Shown: positions 40,270-53,300 of the stretch, piece after piece
How the letters are laid out: the number at the start of each line of letters is the position of its first letter
Numbering within the stretch: position 1 is the stretch's first letter
Assembly: GCA_012295275.1 (NCBI GenBank)
Contig: CM022667.1
Location: forward strand, 15,562,001 to 15,626,000
DNA: 64,000 nt
DNA from: Chrysomallon squamiferum
Taxonomy: Eukaryota > Animalia > Mollusca
Direction of reading: 5' to 3'
The notes under the pieces: generated by a model
The model's database searches: none
The model's input: the letters and a program-made list of their open reading frames with translations, nothing else
Told to the model about the DNA's origin: nothing
Program-made: the position numbers and the translations under genes

Positions 40270-43200
40270 TTAATTTTTTCTTCTTTTGTGTTGTTTCAGT
40301 CAGATGAAAATTAAATTTATAATTACTGATCAATATTAATTTTAAATCTGAGCACAGTGAAACTTTTTTCTGTTCCTGTTGCCTTTATTATTCTTACTAT
40401 AACAATAAAACCAACAATTTAAAAAAGAAAAGAAAAAAAAGAAGTGATATTAACCACCATTCTCATCACTACTATATATATATGTTCAACTAATATTAAA
40501 ACTATTCAAATTCAAACTTAAAAACAAATATTTAAGTTCCAGTCCTGCCTGATCCCTTCATAAACAACAAATTATGTTGATTTTTTGTTAACTGTAACAA
40601 GATCATTTTGTTTAGGAGTGTATGTCTGTCTGTCTGTCTGTCTGTCTGTGTTTGTGTGTGATGCTTAAGGTTTATGGATGAGACAAAGAACACATTAAAT
40701 ACATTTCATAGTATAATTTCTTTAAAATTCCTTAACTATTGAAATGTTTAACAATAGACTACAACTAAATTTCATTTTAAATTTTCTGGTATTTAACTCA
40801 CAAATTAATAATCATAAAAATAAAAGCAAATTTCTTCTTTTTGGTTTGTTTGTAACTGCACTTATTTTTATCTCTTTATGTCAGAAAGAGAAACAGATTT
40901 AATGAGAAAAAATAGTGACATTTCAGTGTCAATACTTTTTGTTCAATTTTGTTTTCTTTGTATAAAAGAGAAAATATTTACAATAAGAATTAAGTAAGAA
41001 CTAATCAAACAGTTAAGCCATTTTTTTTTTTTTTTTTAGAAACAAAAATGTCAGAATTATATTATTAAGATTTAATACTGAATGTGCAAAGTGAAACAAA
41101 AATAATTTCAGGGTTTCTGTCATTGAAAAATAAGTCTCTTCAAATAAAATGTAAAGTTCTAACTACATGTTTTAATTTTGTGTATTTCTGGTTCTAATAA
41201 TTACACAAATATACATAAATACTGGTACTAAATTAAAATATCCTAATCTCAATTTCCTCATAAAACATGGTACACATACAGCTCCTTTGGAAATTATTTT
41301 ACTGCAGATTGTAAAAATATAATTCATACATAAACAACAGACATTTATTTGGACATCAAAGTACATTTAAAATAACTGAAACAAACAAAATACTATATAA
41401 AATTATGTTAATATTATCTACATTTCAAGCGCACTAGTTCTGAAACGTATAATTATGAGAGGTTTTCTTCGAACAGTCAATATTTTAATATTAGTGTTTC
41501 ATTCCAAATGTTTACTTCTTTATATATTATTATAAATGGGATTTGTCATTTTTAATTATGTATTTATCAAATTTCAAAATAATAATAAAAAAAGTACCAC
41601 AAAATTGAATAATAAAAAAACTGTTCATACTGACTGCTAATGTGTAATATTAGTAACTCAGTTTTTGAAATAAATAATGTAAATAAATAATATATATATA
41701 TTTATATATATTTACTTTACTATTATTGTAACTAGTCCTACTACGACTACTATTATACCGGTTTAATATTAAATTAGAATTTTTGTAAAATTTTACTAAT
41801 ATACATTGTTACTTCATTTAAGCTCGCTAAATTTATCTTGTACAACATCCTAACATAGGCTTTGTTATGGACAAAAACAGTCCTTAACAAAATGGAAAGA
41901 CAAATAAAATGTAACAAGTCCTTACAATAAACTGTAATCAACAGATCCCTCAAAAAAGAACAAAAACAAACCCTCCCCTGGAGGATTGTTGCCATGGAGA
42001 CATATTTAATTCATCATTATGATAATTAATAATGATGTATTAAACCATCCTGAGATACTGGTTATGTAACTGTGACCCAAATGAACACCATAGTAAGGAA
42101 TATTAATTTGTTTAGTCAATGGTAAATTATTTTGTGAAAGTACAGAAAAATCGCCACTCATGTAGCTGAATGTATAAATATCTAGGTTATGAAATGAACT
42201 AAACAAAATTAAATAAATAATAAATAATAATAAAAAAATAAATAAATAAAATATTAAAATAAAACTTTAAAAAAATAAATAACTGCACAAATGTTTTCCT
42301 TTGATACCTGATGTCCATAAATGACTAATACACACAAACATACAAAATAATTTTTAAAGAATAAACATAAAACAAATTATATTATTATTTTTTTTAATAA
42401 AATATTTTCTTCATCTTCCATTTCATTTTGTAAGTACAACACAAATATAATTTCAAATATTAATACAAGAGGTGAAAAAGGAAAGAGAAAGATAGATAGA
42501 TAATTATTTCAAACTATTTTATAAATATAATCAGTTTTTATCACCAGAGGGGCTACAGTAATGTGTGACCTTTTCATCAATGGTACAACTTTGACCATAT
42601 TTTCAAAAGTAATAAATATATAAAAACAATAATAATAATAATTAATAAATAACATTTTAACACTCCTCACCCTTGTTAAACTACAAAAGCAACACATTTG
42701 ATTTAACTTAATAAATATTTATGTTGTCATTTGACAACAAAAGATTCATATGTACTTCAAAATGAAAAAAAGTTTAAAAAAAATATAAGTTAAATCTATG
42801 AATTTTATTTTTCTGTAAATATAGATACGAGATCAAAGAATAATAAATAAATAAATAAATAAATTAAAATATAAAAACCCTATTATGTTATTGTAATGAT
42901 TATGAAAATTATTTTGTTTTTAATAAAAATTTCAGATGTAATACTCTTCCATAATGTTTTTTCTTAACTTTTCTACAGGAGAGCTTAATAAAAGATATAA
43001 TAAAAACATAAAATAATTAATAATTTATTAGTTATACTATGACAGTGTATTTATTAAAATACACTAATTTGTGTACATATAAATAACAAACAAAAAAATG
43101 AATGAACTATATTTGTGTAATTTGTGTTGAGCACTAATTTAAAAAAAAGAAAAAAAAAAAGAAGGTAAAAATGATAATTTTTCACAATAATGCTAAACAT

Positions 43201-43934
43201 TTTTTAATCAAAATCTTTTATTTTATTCCTTTACTGTTTGTAATTCCATATAATAATAAGCAATTTTCATTTCTTTTAAAAAAATTGCTATTGAACAAAT
43301 TAAAAATTTAGCCATCGCAGATCCCATGTCACCCAATAAATTAAAAATGTGCCACACACATATAGGCATCATTATTAATTTCAGTGCATCTGTGCGTAGC
43401 TACCAACTAAGATCCATCTCCTCCTCAGCTGATGCAATCCGAAAGCCTTTTGTGACGGCAGTTAACAAGTTTGACTAGCAATGTCCTTTGTTATATTGCA
43501 CAAAATGGCATTCACAATGTTTAACAACAATATACTTTCCTCCTCTCATTTCATTCACAACTTGGAATGTCAATAAAAATAAATTGATAAATTCTGTGGT
43601 AAATGTCTGTCTTTTCAGAAAACAGTAAAAAAAAATTTCTTTCTTTTTTTTTTGTCTGTGACAATCAGCAGTTTGTTCCATGCTTGTGAAACTGTTTCAT
43701 TGTTTTAATATTTTATTATTATTACAATTTTATCAATTTATTTTTTAAAATTATTTTCCTCCTTGTTTTTTTTTCATTATTACTTCTTTTTTTTTTTCCT
43801 TTTTTTTAAAAGTTTGTTCCTTTTCTTCAGCTTCCCATACATATTTCCTGGAACAGTTATCTTAGCAACCACAAAGTCTGTGTAAAGATCTCCATCTTCA
43901 TAAACACTTTTTATCTGCCATCTTCTCGAAACCC

Positions 43935-44160
43935 TTGGCAACAGCCAATTATTTTCACCACACACTGCATGGCAAGACCAATTGTTTTTAACCACACATT
44001 TCATGGCAACAACCAATCGTTTTTAACCACACATTACATGGCAGAAGTCAACGATTTTGATCAGTAGAACTTTATCTACTTGGCAAACTGCCAATGAGCA
44101 TCATTTTACTTGGCAAATGCCATCAGTCAAGTTTTAGGTTGTTTATGGCAGCAGCCAATC
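43935..44160. repeat. Seven-unit degenerate TGGC-N3-5-(G/A)CCAAT array in the proximal cyclin E 3'UTR
   Basis: Units: TTGGCAACAGCCAAT, ATGGCAAGACCAAT, ATGGCAACAACCAAT, ATGGCAGAAGTCAAC, TTGGCAAACTGCCAAT, TTGGCAAATGCCATC, ATGGCAGCAGCCAAT; spacing about 30-43 bp. Confidence 0.85.
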
Positions 44161-44246
44161 AGCTTGACTTTATTATATAAAGGAAAGCCAGTTAGGTCAA
44201 TCCAGTGACTAACACAGAAAGTTTCGTATTATGCCGAAATAAATGT

Positions 44247-44399
44247 TCAGGCTTTTTCATCCTCGATATGAAAATGCTGCGTTTGTGGAGGTTTCTCATC
44301 ACTGCAGGGCGGAGTCAACATCGTTATTACCTGAGCGGTGATGTCTGGGCTGCGTCGTGAGGCGTTGGTAACCTCATCTTGCCTACTCTGTGCTTTTTC
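44247..44399 (-). CDS. CCNE: Cyclin E terminal coding exon
   Basis: [10 protein letters not shown]...[24 protein letters not shown]. Confidence 0.93.
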   Translation of the reverse strand, partial: EKAQSRQDEVTNASRRSPDITAQVITMLTPPCSDEKPPQTQHFHIEDEKA

Positions 44400-47300
44400 C
44401 TAGAAAAATGTGGAAATAAATTTTTTAATAAAACTCATCTATAAAAAAATACAGATTATTTTGAAATAATTATAGTAATACATTTTTTTTTTTTTTTTAA
44501 ACTGTAATAATATAAACAGCTATCGAAATAAACATTAACAAACTTCCCAAAATACTCATTATATTTCAGATACATTTTGTTTCAAATAAAAAAAAATAAA
44601 AATCAATCTTTTAGAGAACACAAAGTTGTATTTTATTAATACAAATGCCATTATACAACTCTGCTGTTAAGAGAACAAAATACTAGACATAATAGTGACT
44701 TTTGACATTATTCCTGAATTGGACCAAAGTTTATAATACATACAAAGATGCCAAATTCCAGGAGGATGAAATCATGGAGCTGCCTCAAACATAGCAAAAG
44801 ACAGTGGAACAAAATGACACATCAATGTCTGAATAAATCTATGTAAAAATATCCAAATACTATCTTTGATATTCACTTCAAATAACAGAAAACCATTAAT
44901 AAAAAGTTCAGGAACAACTAATGCTATGTGTAGTATTTCTCATATAACTGACTGCCGTTGTTGTGACAAAAACTTTGAACGTACCAGTAGCTGTAGGTCA
45001 ACGCAGTGTGTTTGAATGTTGTGGCTGTCCTCGGAAGGAACAGTGGGGAAAAATCTCATTTCTATTGGACCAGACTCTCTCACTGTGACAGCATAGGGTG
45101 ACATCCACTGAACACAGGGCAGAATATCTTCCCAACAAAAGCCTGGAATAAAATAAAAATAAAATATTGTTAATTGATTTAACAAATCATATATCATCAG
45201 TAACAAAAAAGTAATATTAATAAAATAGAATAAAATGTTATAGATAATATAAATTATTCAAAAGGTCACATATATCATCATTTATAGCAGATAATATAAA
45301 TCATTCGTTTTTTTAAACTTCAGGATTTAAAACAGATATCGGTTTTAAATTATTTTTCACAGACAAGATTAATTAATATGTCCCTTATTTGAAAATAACC
45401 AGAAACCTTTCACATCCACATATGCATTACATGAATGTATTTAATATATTTCATTATAATAATTATATGAGAGAGAAAACTTGTCATAGTCGGAAAAGGA
45501 CAAACCACAACTTATAACAATAATCCAGTTAAGGACAAAGGCTGGATTGTGAAATAGCTAAATGGATAAACAAAGAATGACTGCCGGGATATAAATAAGC
45601 CAGTTATTAATTACTAAAATATATTTCATTTGAGCTGAACAAAATAAAAATAAAAATAAAAATAGGTAACAAACCTGAAACAGCAAGAGCAATATCTTGT
45701 GATGACATATGATAGAGAGCAGAGGCAGCTAAAACACTGTATGTGAACTTTAGGCAGCCGATGTCATACATACATACATCCAGTAGCTGTAAATAAAACA
45801 AAACACAAATATATAAATACAGAATTTAAAAACAAACGTCTTTATCATGATGTAAATTAAAAGGAAATTTCCAAAAGAAATTAAAACAAAATAACAATAA
45901 AAAAAGAAAGAAAAATAAATAGAAATATTTATCTTATATGCAACAGCAACAACAACAAAAGAAAAATAACAACGTACCCGAGTAATTTGTATAAACGAGT
46001 GGGCTGAGAACTGAGGGAAAACAAAGCCATGTTCCGACTCGGTCATCTGCTCCATGTTGGCCACCTGAAGGTAGATGGACAGCCAAGCGTTGACCGTCAT
46101 AGGTGCTAGATCCCAGTTTAATACCTGAAAATTGGAAATATAAAATATTATAAAGAAATAACACTAATATACCACGTTAAGTGTTCGTATGCATGTATGT
46201 ACACAGAAATGTGTAGTGAATGTCTAATTTTTTTTAATTACTATTTTATGGGTTTTAAATATATCAAAGAAGTTTAAAATAAATGTAATTATATTTTTTA
46301 AAATTCAGTGAATATCAAGGAAGTTCTCTTTATTTGATAGATTTCATACAAAGACTTTAATTCAAATATGTACATTATAAAAGTAAATAAAATACCTTGA
46401 GCATTATCAATTCTTGATCTAAAATTTCTTCCTCAGTACAGGCACCATCAGTAACATAGGCAAAATCTTGAAGTTTTGGTGGATAAATTTCCTAAAAGAA
46501 AAATAATTTAAAAAAATATTTATAAATTTGTAAAACAAAATGATGATTTTTATATTTCACACTGGTGAAAGACAACATATTATAAAATAATAATAGTGAT
46601 AATAAATTAATAAATAAAAACAAAAAGATTATACAAAGTTTTAAGGTAGTATTTCAGGTTTTCTGAGACTTTATCAATTAACCGAAGGCTTTTAGTAACA
46701 AATTAATATCAATAGTTAATTAATAGTTACTAATAATATCCAACACAAATAAATACATTAAAAACGAGCAAGGATGAATACAAACCTCTAACTTTGCTGC
46801 AATAAATAATGCTGATATTCCTATGAGCTGTAGATGATGCTTGAGGACATTGCTTTTCTTCGAGAGGTATCGGTCTATGAAGTCAATGGCGAGAAAGAAA
46901 GATTCCCTATGTAACCTATACACCTCACAAACCTATAATAACAATTCAAAAATTATTTATTACTTATTGCACTTCAAAAATAATATTTACAATGGTGTTT
47001 AAAAATATGTAGAAATCTTTTTTTTTTTTTAAATGGGGGGGGTTGGGGGAAGTTGTGTTAAGAAAATTAATATTTTGAACCAAAATATGTTTAAGGTCAA
47101 GTAACTTGACCTTTTTTAATCCTATAAAATATATATAAAGGGTATACAAATTCAAAAACAATATTCATAAATTAAGTGACCTAGTCAAATGTATTAGAAT
47201 ATTCAGAACAATTAAATCACAAAATGACCTTGACATTAAGTTCGAGAAATGCAGAAGGTCATAATAATACATTAAAGCCAAACAACGTTGAACTTTCTTA

Positions 47301-50300
47301 CCTCTGTCAACCAGTCTAAGAGAATGGCTCTCATCCGTGCTTGCAGTGCCGGGTGTTTGTCGAACATGTTCGAGTCTCGGACGTACATCAATTCCTTCTT
47401 CAACATCAGCTGCCACACCTCTTTCGAATCCGCCCAGCTGAATGAGGGGAGCGGAGACAACCTTGAGGTGACATTAGTGAAAAAGTTTTGGAATCGAAAC
47501 TTTGCCGAGATGGGGAATTCGCTCAGTGATGGCTGATTCTCTGACGTCGTGCAGGGCTGTTTGTTTGGAATGATCGTACACGAGGTAACCGAGGAATCTT
47601 CTGATATGGGAATCCACTGATTCTGTAAAACAAAACAAAATGAATAAATTTTAATTTTAAGAATTTCACCTAAAACTGTTTATTCTTGGACAAGCTGTTG
47701 ATGGTTAGAGGGTTAAATCAAGAATGTGTAATATTCATATTAAACGAGAATGTAACCAGAACAATGACTTTCTGGCAAAATTCATCATAGATATGCAAAG
47801 TGTATCAATCAACAGTAGTAATAAAAATAATTGTTTACTTTGTTAGTCACAGTTAACAGTGTGACAAGTACTGTATCCACCATCTTTAGAAGGTTGTCAA
47901 ACTACAACTACATCCATGATGCTACCACACCAACTCTTTGGCAAAATAATGGATATTGCTTGTGTTTTAACTATTTTGTGACATTGTCATTTCCAAAGTA
48001 CAGTATATACCACATTATTTCAGCTTTAATGGTAGAAAGTATTCAAGTCCAGAAGATGGCAGGATTTTATCTTAGTCCATATCCCAGTAGAAAGTTAAAT
48101 GGTGGTAAGAAACATCACACCACATTCTTTTAATCAACCCTCAATCACTATTTTGGCAGCCCCTTTATTCTAAGCATTAGAGACAGGACCTTCACCCAAC
48201 AGCTTTCTTTAACTACCACGTTAAAAACATTCCTCATCTCAGTTTTAAAATATTTCTGTTAGTCTGGTCAGATACTGGTTAAAAATAGCTGAACCCCAAA
48301 ATGTCCCACAATTCTCTGTCATCATGGCTGCCTACTGAGATAGTGCTGAAGAAGTCATGTGGATTCATGTCACTTGAGACTCTGGCTTATTACACTTCAG
48401 GACAGTTTACTCAGACTTAAGAGAGTTAGAAACAGAACTTGAAAGTAAATGGAATTTACAGACTGAAGTCAGCCTACACTTTTGCATGCTATTAAAGTCT
48501 AGACAACAGATCTTGGACAGTTGTTGACCTACTGATATATTACGTATCAGGATGTTTTAAGTAAAACTAATACAAACAACTATATACAGTGGTAGTTGAA
48601 TATGCATTTATAGACCAGTAATAAAGGCATGTGCAATCACAAAACAAAAATTAACCTGATGTGTGATATATTTTGATAAACTACAGTACATATATATATG
48701 GGATAAACAAAACAGACAAACACAGAAACCATGTGTAATGCAATGCTGTATTTCATGACTGGAGTGTATTAATAACAATATACTATATTGAAACAGTCTT
48801 AATAAGTAAATCAAAATTATCAGCTGTAAATAAACAAACTTAATGACAGTCCATAACATCATTACTTTTTAAATTACACATGCTAGTACATGCACACTAA
48901 TTACAACATCATTGTTATCATAACCATTTTCATACATTACTAAGTCTGTCTTATTTTGATGGAGACATACACTCTAATTAGGACATCCAGGTATAATGTC
49001 AAGGTGAGAAGGTGAACAAAGTTATTCCACATTTCCCATCCATCACACAAAAGGAACAATAAACAGGGTCAGATATGTGGGAGGTAGGAGACACTGTACA
49101 GAAAGATGAGTCCACTTCTTTCTCATATTTGTATGGGATGTTTGCTCAGTAACAATATGTTTCGATGAAAGGGCAGTCCCAGTGGCTACTCTCGGGGTGG
49201 GCTTGAGAAATCAACCATGAAATAAGATCCCTGGAGGCAGTGGCAATTGAGAGAGAGCAACCCCATTCCAGGAAACCTCCCCCGCAGTTTCAAATTTTAC
49301 ATTTTATACAGTGTGTATGTGGAGAAAATATGTTTACAAGGGACAGTTAACAGATTTAGTTATATTCAAAACCTCTCCTGCAGTTTCAAATTGTACTTTT
49401 GATATGGGGAAAATCTGGTTAGACAGTATTAAATTTAGTTTTATTTTGACATTCGATGGTGAAACCCTGGCTAAGATGACAGAAAGGTATAATATTACTT
49501 TAAGATTTAAATTAGAAATTAATCTGTTCTCAAGTTATTAATGATGTTGGAGGGAGGAAAAATGCACACGGGTCATTGGGGTTAGAAAAAAAAAAACAAA
49601 AAAAGAATAGATAAATATATATAAGACTTCTATAACTGTGAAACACAGAATAATAATTAGAAAGATATATAAACTTGTTACTCTGTGACAGAACAACATA
49701 CATATGTACATACATACATATGAGACAGAAAGATACAAATGAAGAAAAGCAATAAAACAAATAGGAAATTTAGTTGATCAGTATTTCAAAGACATCTCTC
49801 TACTGATTATCCACAAAATACAGAAACAAATATTTCAACAGATGAATAGTGAAGTAATAACTAAAACATTTAGTGACATACTTCTAATTTAAATTGTTTG
49901 TAAGAAAGTTATATTACAAAGTAGAGCAAACAGTTTAGTAATGAATTACCAAAACAGAAATCATATGCAACGTGTACTGTATCAGTGAAAGATTTTTCAA
50001 ATGTCAAAATCAATTACAGAAAGAAATCATATTTAAAAGGATGTCCAATCAGTTAAAGATTGTTTTAAGAACTGATGTTCTTGTTAATAAACCAAATCAA
50101 AATCATTTTGAATCTGTGACAACAATGTTAATAAATCTAGCCTCATACCAAGAGAAACATGTTCATTAAAGTAATTCTGATTTAGTAAACATATCCACAT
50201 ACTGAAATCCATAAAAAATAATATTGGTAAATTATCAAACAACAATCTTGTTAAACTGTTATCAAACAGTGAAAAGTTGTTATAGTCTATAGGAACAAAA

Positions 50301-53300
50301 TAAAAAAAAAAATAAAAAAAAATAAAAATACATTCAGTTTTATTAGTATTTCATAAAATATCCAACAGCCTACCTCTATTCCTAGGCCAGTGAATTCAGT
50401 TCTGGCATACACCATGTTTCTGCTTCTTTTCATCAGTAGAAGTAACAACAAACAAACAACATCAGTAGTGTCCAAAGTTTTTGTGCTTTTTTGTATATAT
50501 TTTAACTTATTTGTTTTATAATGTAAAATATTTCACACAAAAGAAAGTTTCCAAACCACATGAGAAGTGACTACAGAAAAAAGTGACCTGAACTCTAGAA
50601 CACAGAGCCAACACAAAACCAAACTGTTGCAGTGGGCTGCTTTTTAATAACTGCCCACAGTTGGTCCACCACCAACACCTTCAAGGGAGATTACTCAACA
50701 AAGTGTGACCATCTTTGCTGTTGACACTAATGAGCTGGTCACTCATTGGTCGAACCTGCAGACCCCCCTATGACACAACAAGCTGGTGCAGAGCTCTCCT
50801 GTAGAGGAGGTAGGATTTAGTAGACACTGGATGACAAAGATTCATACCTCCTGAGAGAAAGAGTTCGAACAGGCTGGATTTGATTAGGAGTGATTAGACA
50901 CTTGTTACAATGTCTTCTTACCAGGGGGTTTACACATCGCAACAGTTACAGAATGGAACATTGATGAATTCAGCAGCAAATATATCAGAATAAAGCAAAG
51001 CAAAACCAGTATGGTACCAACACCTTCGCAGATTTATTGTTAATTAATCAAACTTAGCACTTCAACATTATAAATAATAATAAGCAATGTCCGGCTAAAC
51101 TAGTAATGTGTACTGAGATTTTCAGTCCATTTGATTAAATATTTATATAATTCCAAGTCACTGTTTTATTTGGTTCTGTTATTTTTAAAAATGTCTCTAA
51201 TGGTACAGTTTTCTGGCCTGTTCTATAAATAATTTCAAGGAATTGTTTTATTCATTGCTATTTTTATTATTATTATTTGCTTCTTTGATATTTAGAAGTT
51301 ATGCTGCATAGGGTACTATAATAACAAACATGTAGATTATGTATATTGTTTTGGTTTTAGAATTATGATTTAATTGATTATTTTTCTTCTTTTTTATGAT
51401 GTTAAAAACGTCCACACAGAAATAAAGAAAACGCATCTAGGCCATCTGTTAAACACTAATACTAACAATAAAAAATTAAAATGGTTAAAACTCGGTGGAA
51501 AATGTTAAATACGAATAAAATAATAGTAGCAACTAAAAATAAATTAAAAAGCTGAACAGTTCAGATGGGTCCAAAAATAAACCATGATGGAAATGAATCT
51601 TTATAACCTTCTTATCACAAATCATGTTTATTTTGTCCAAGTTAAAGTGTCCATAAATTTATGGATGACCATGTAACAGAAGTAGGCTAACAGTAACCTT
51701 GCTACACTTCACTGATGATGGGAGAGCCTTTGATCTCTGGCTGTTCTATTGTCCTCCCTCTGAACAAAGCAAGCCAAGCTTGAAGAGACAGTGAAATGGA
51801 ACTGTTGACCAATGAAAATGTATTTTGTGAAAGAGCCAGAGCAATAATAAAATGTAAGGATAAAAATATCTGAATATATTATTAATGTATATCTCTTTTT
51901 GGTTGGGATAAAGGAAGTAATGAAAGAAAATAGAGTAAATAATTAATTATTAAAAAATATATATATGGAAAATATTGATGGTTAAATTATTAATTTAGAT
52001 TTCATTTGGGACAATGATGTATACAATGCATATAAGAAAATGTAACACTTTCTAAATTATTAAAGCTTCTTTTGTTTAAATAGAAATAAAACAAATGGAG
52101 GAAACAAGTTTATGAAAGAAAAAGAATACAGTGAAACCTTTTAATGGACAATGTATTAAAATGTTTTCACTGAGAAATATTAAAGATAAAAAGGAAAATT
52201 TTTTTTTTTTTTTTTAAATTTAGAAAATAATTATATGGTCAAATGATTATGATACCTTTTAACAAAATTTAACCTTTTTCTTACTGAAAAACACTAAATT
52301 TATATAAAAATAACAAAAACAAATTACACACTGTGAATAAATGATGGTGTTATAAATTACATTTTCAATTCTATATTTTATTGTTTTGATTCAGTCTTCA
52401 CCTACATATAAAAATGAACACCATTCTGTGATGAAATATTTGTGGTTGGGAACTGTTACTGATTGTTTCTAATTTTCCTAAAACTGAGCCATGCTGTAAC
52501 AATACTGATTGAAGGATTAAGAAAATTCTAAAGTTTTAGTATTATCCAGATTAATTTCAACCTAACATGTAAATGTCGTAGACTTTTTTTCTTTTCTTAA
52601 AACTCAGCTCTTCCTCCATGCAGAACAAAGTCATGTGGTCCTTTTTGATGGGAATGGTCAAACAAAGCCCCATGTGGCTCCTTTACCCCAGAGGGGTCAT
52701 CTTACAGTTATTCTGTTACTGCAACTCTTCTCCATAATCCACATTTCCTCCCTTTTGTTTAGAGCATCTCACACCTTTTGTCCAAGTACAAAGTTGCAGT
52801 CAGGGGATTAAAATATGGTTAATAGTTTACACCTATAAAACTGCCAAGTAATGGCTAATCTTTGTTCTGAACTGTCATGCAGAATTCGGCAGAGCATAAA
52901 GCTGTTTGTTTAATTAATTATTCATTTGAAAAAGAAATAAAAGGAAAGATAGAAGAGGAAGAAAAAAGAACTTTAACATGTTTTATTGTCATAACTGGAA
53001 AACCATAAAGTGCTGAAGAGAACCTGAAATTACCACTTCTGTTATTACCAATGGCAGTTAACTTCATATTTTCATAATTAATGAAAACCTGTAAAACAGA
53101 TTTTGCACCAGCATTTTAAGAAAGGATAGTGCAGATTCAAAAAAAGAAAGAAATAGATCAGCAATGTCATACTGCAACAGAGGGACCACTTGTGTTTCAT
53201 ATTTAATGAACTTGTACAGTTGATTACAAGATGAAGCTGAAATAAGGCCTTAAAAGTATTTCAACACATATTGTTGATGATTTAAATTTTTTTTTTTTTT

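Noticed and set aside
49272-49405. ~35-bp direct repeat (AAACCTC.CC.GCAGTTTCAAATT)
   Set aside because: Two-copy local duplication with no further structure.
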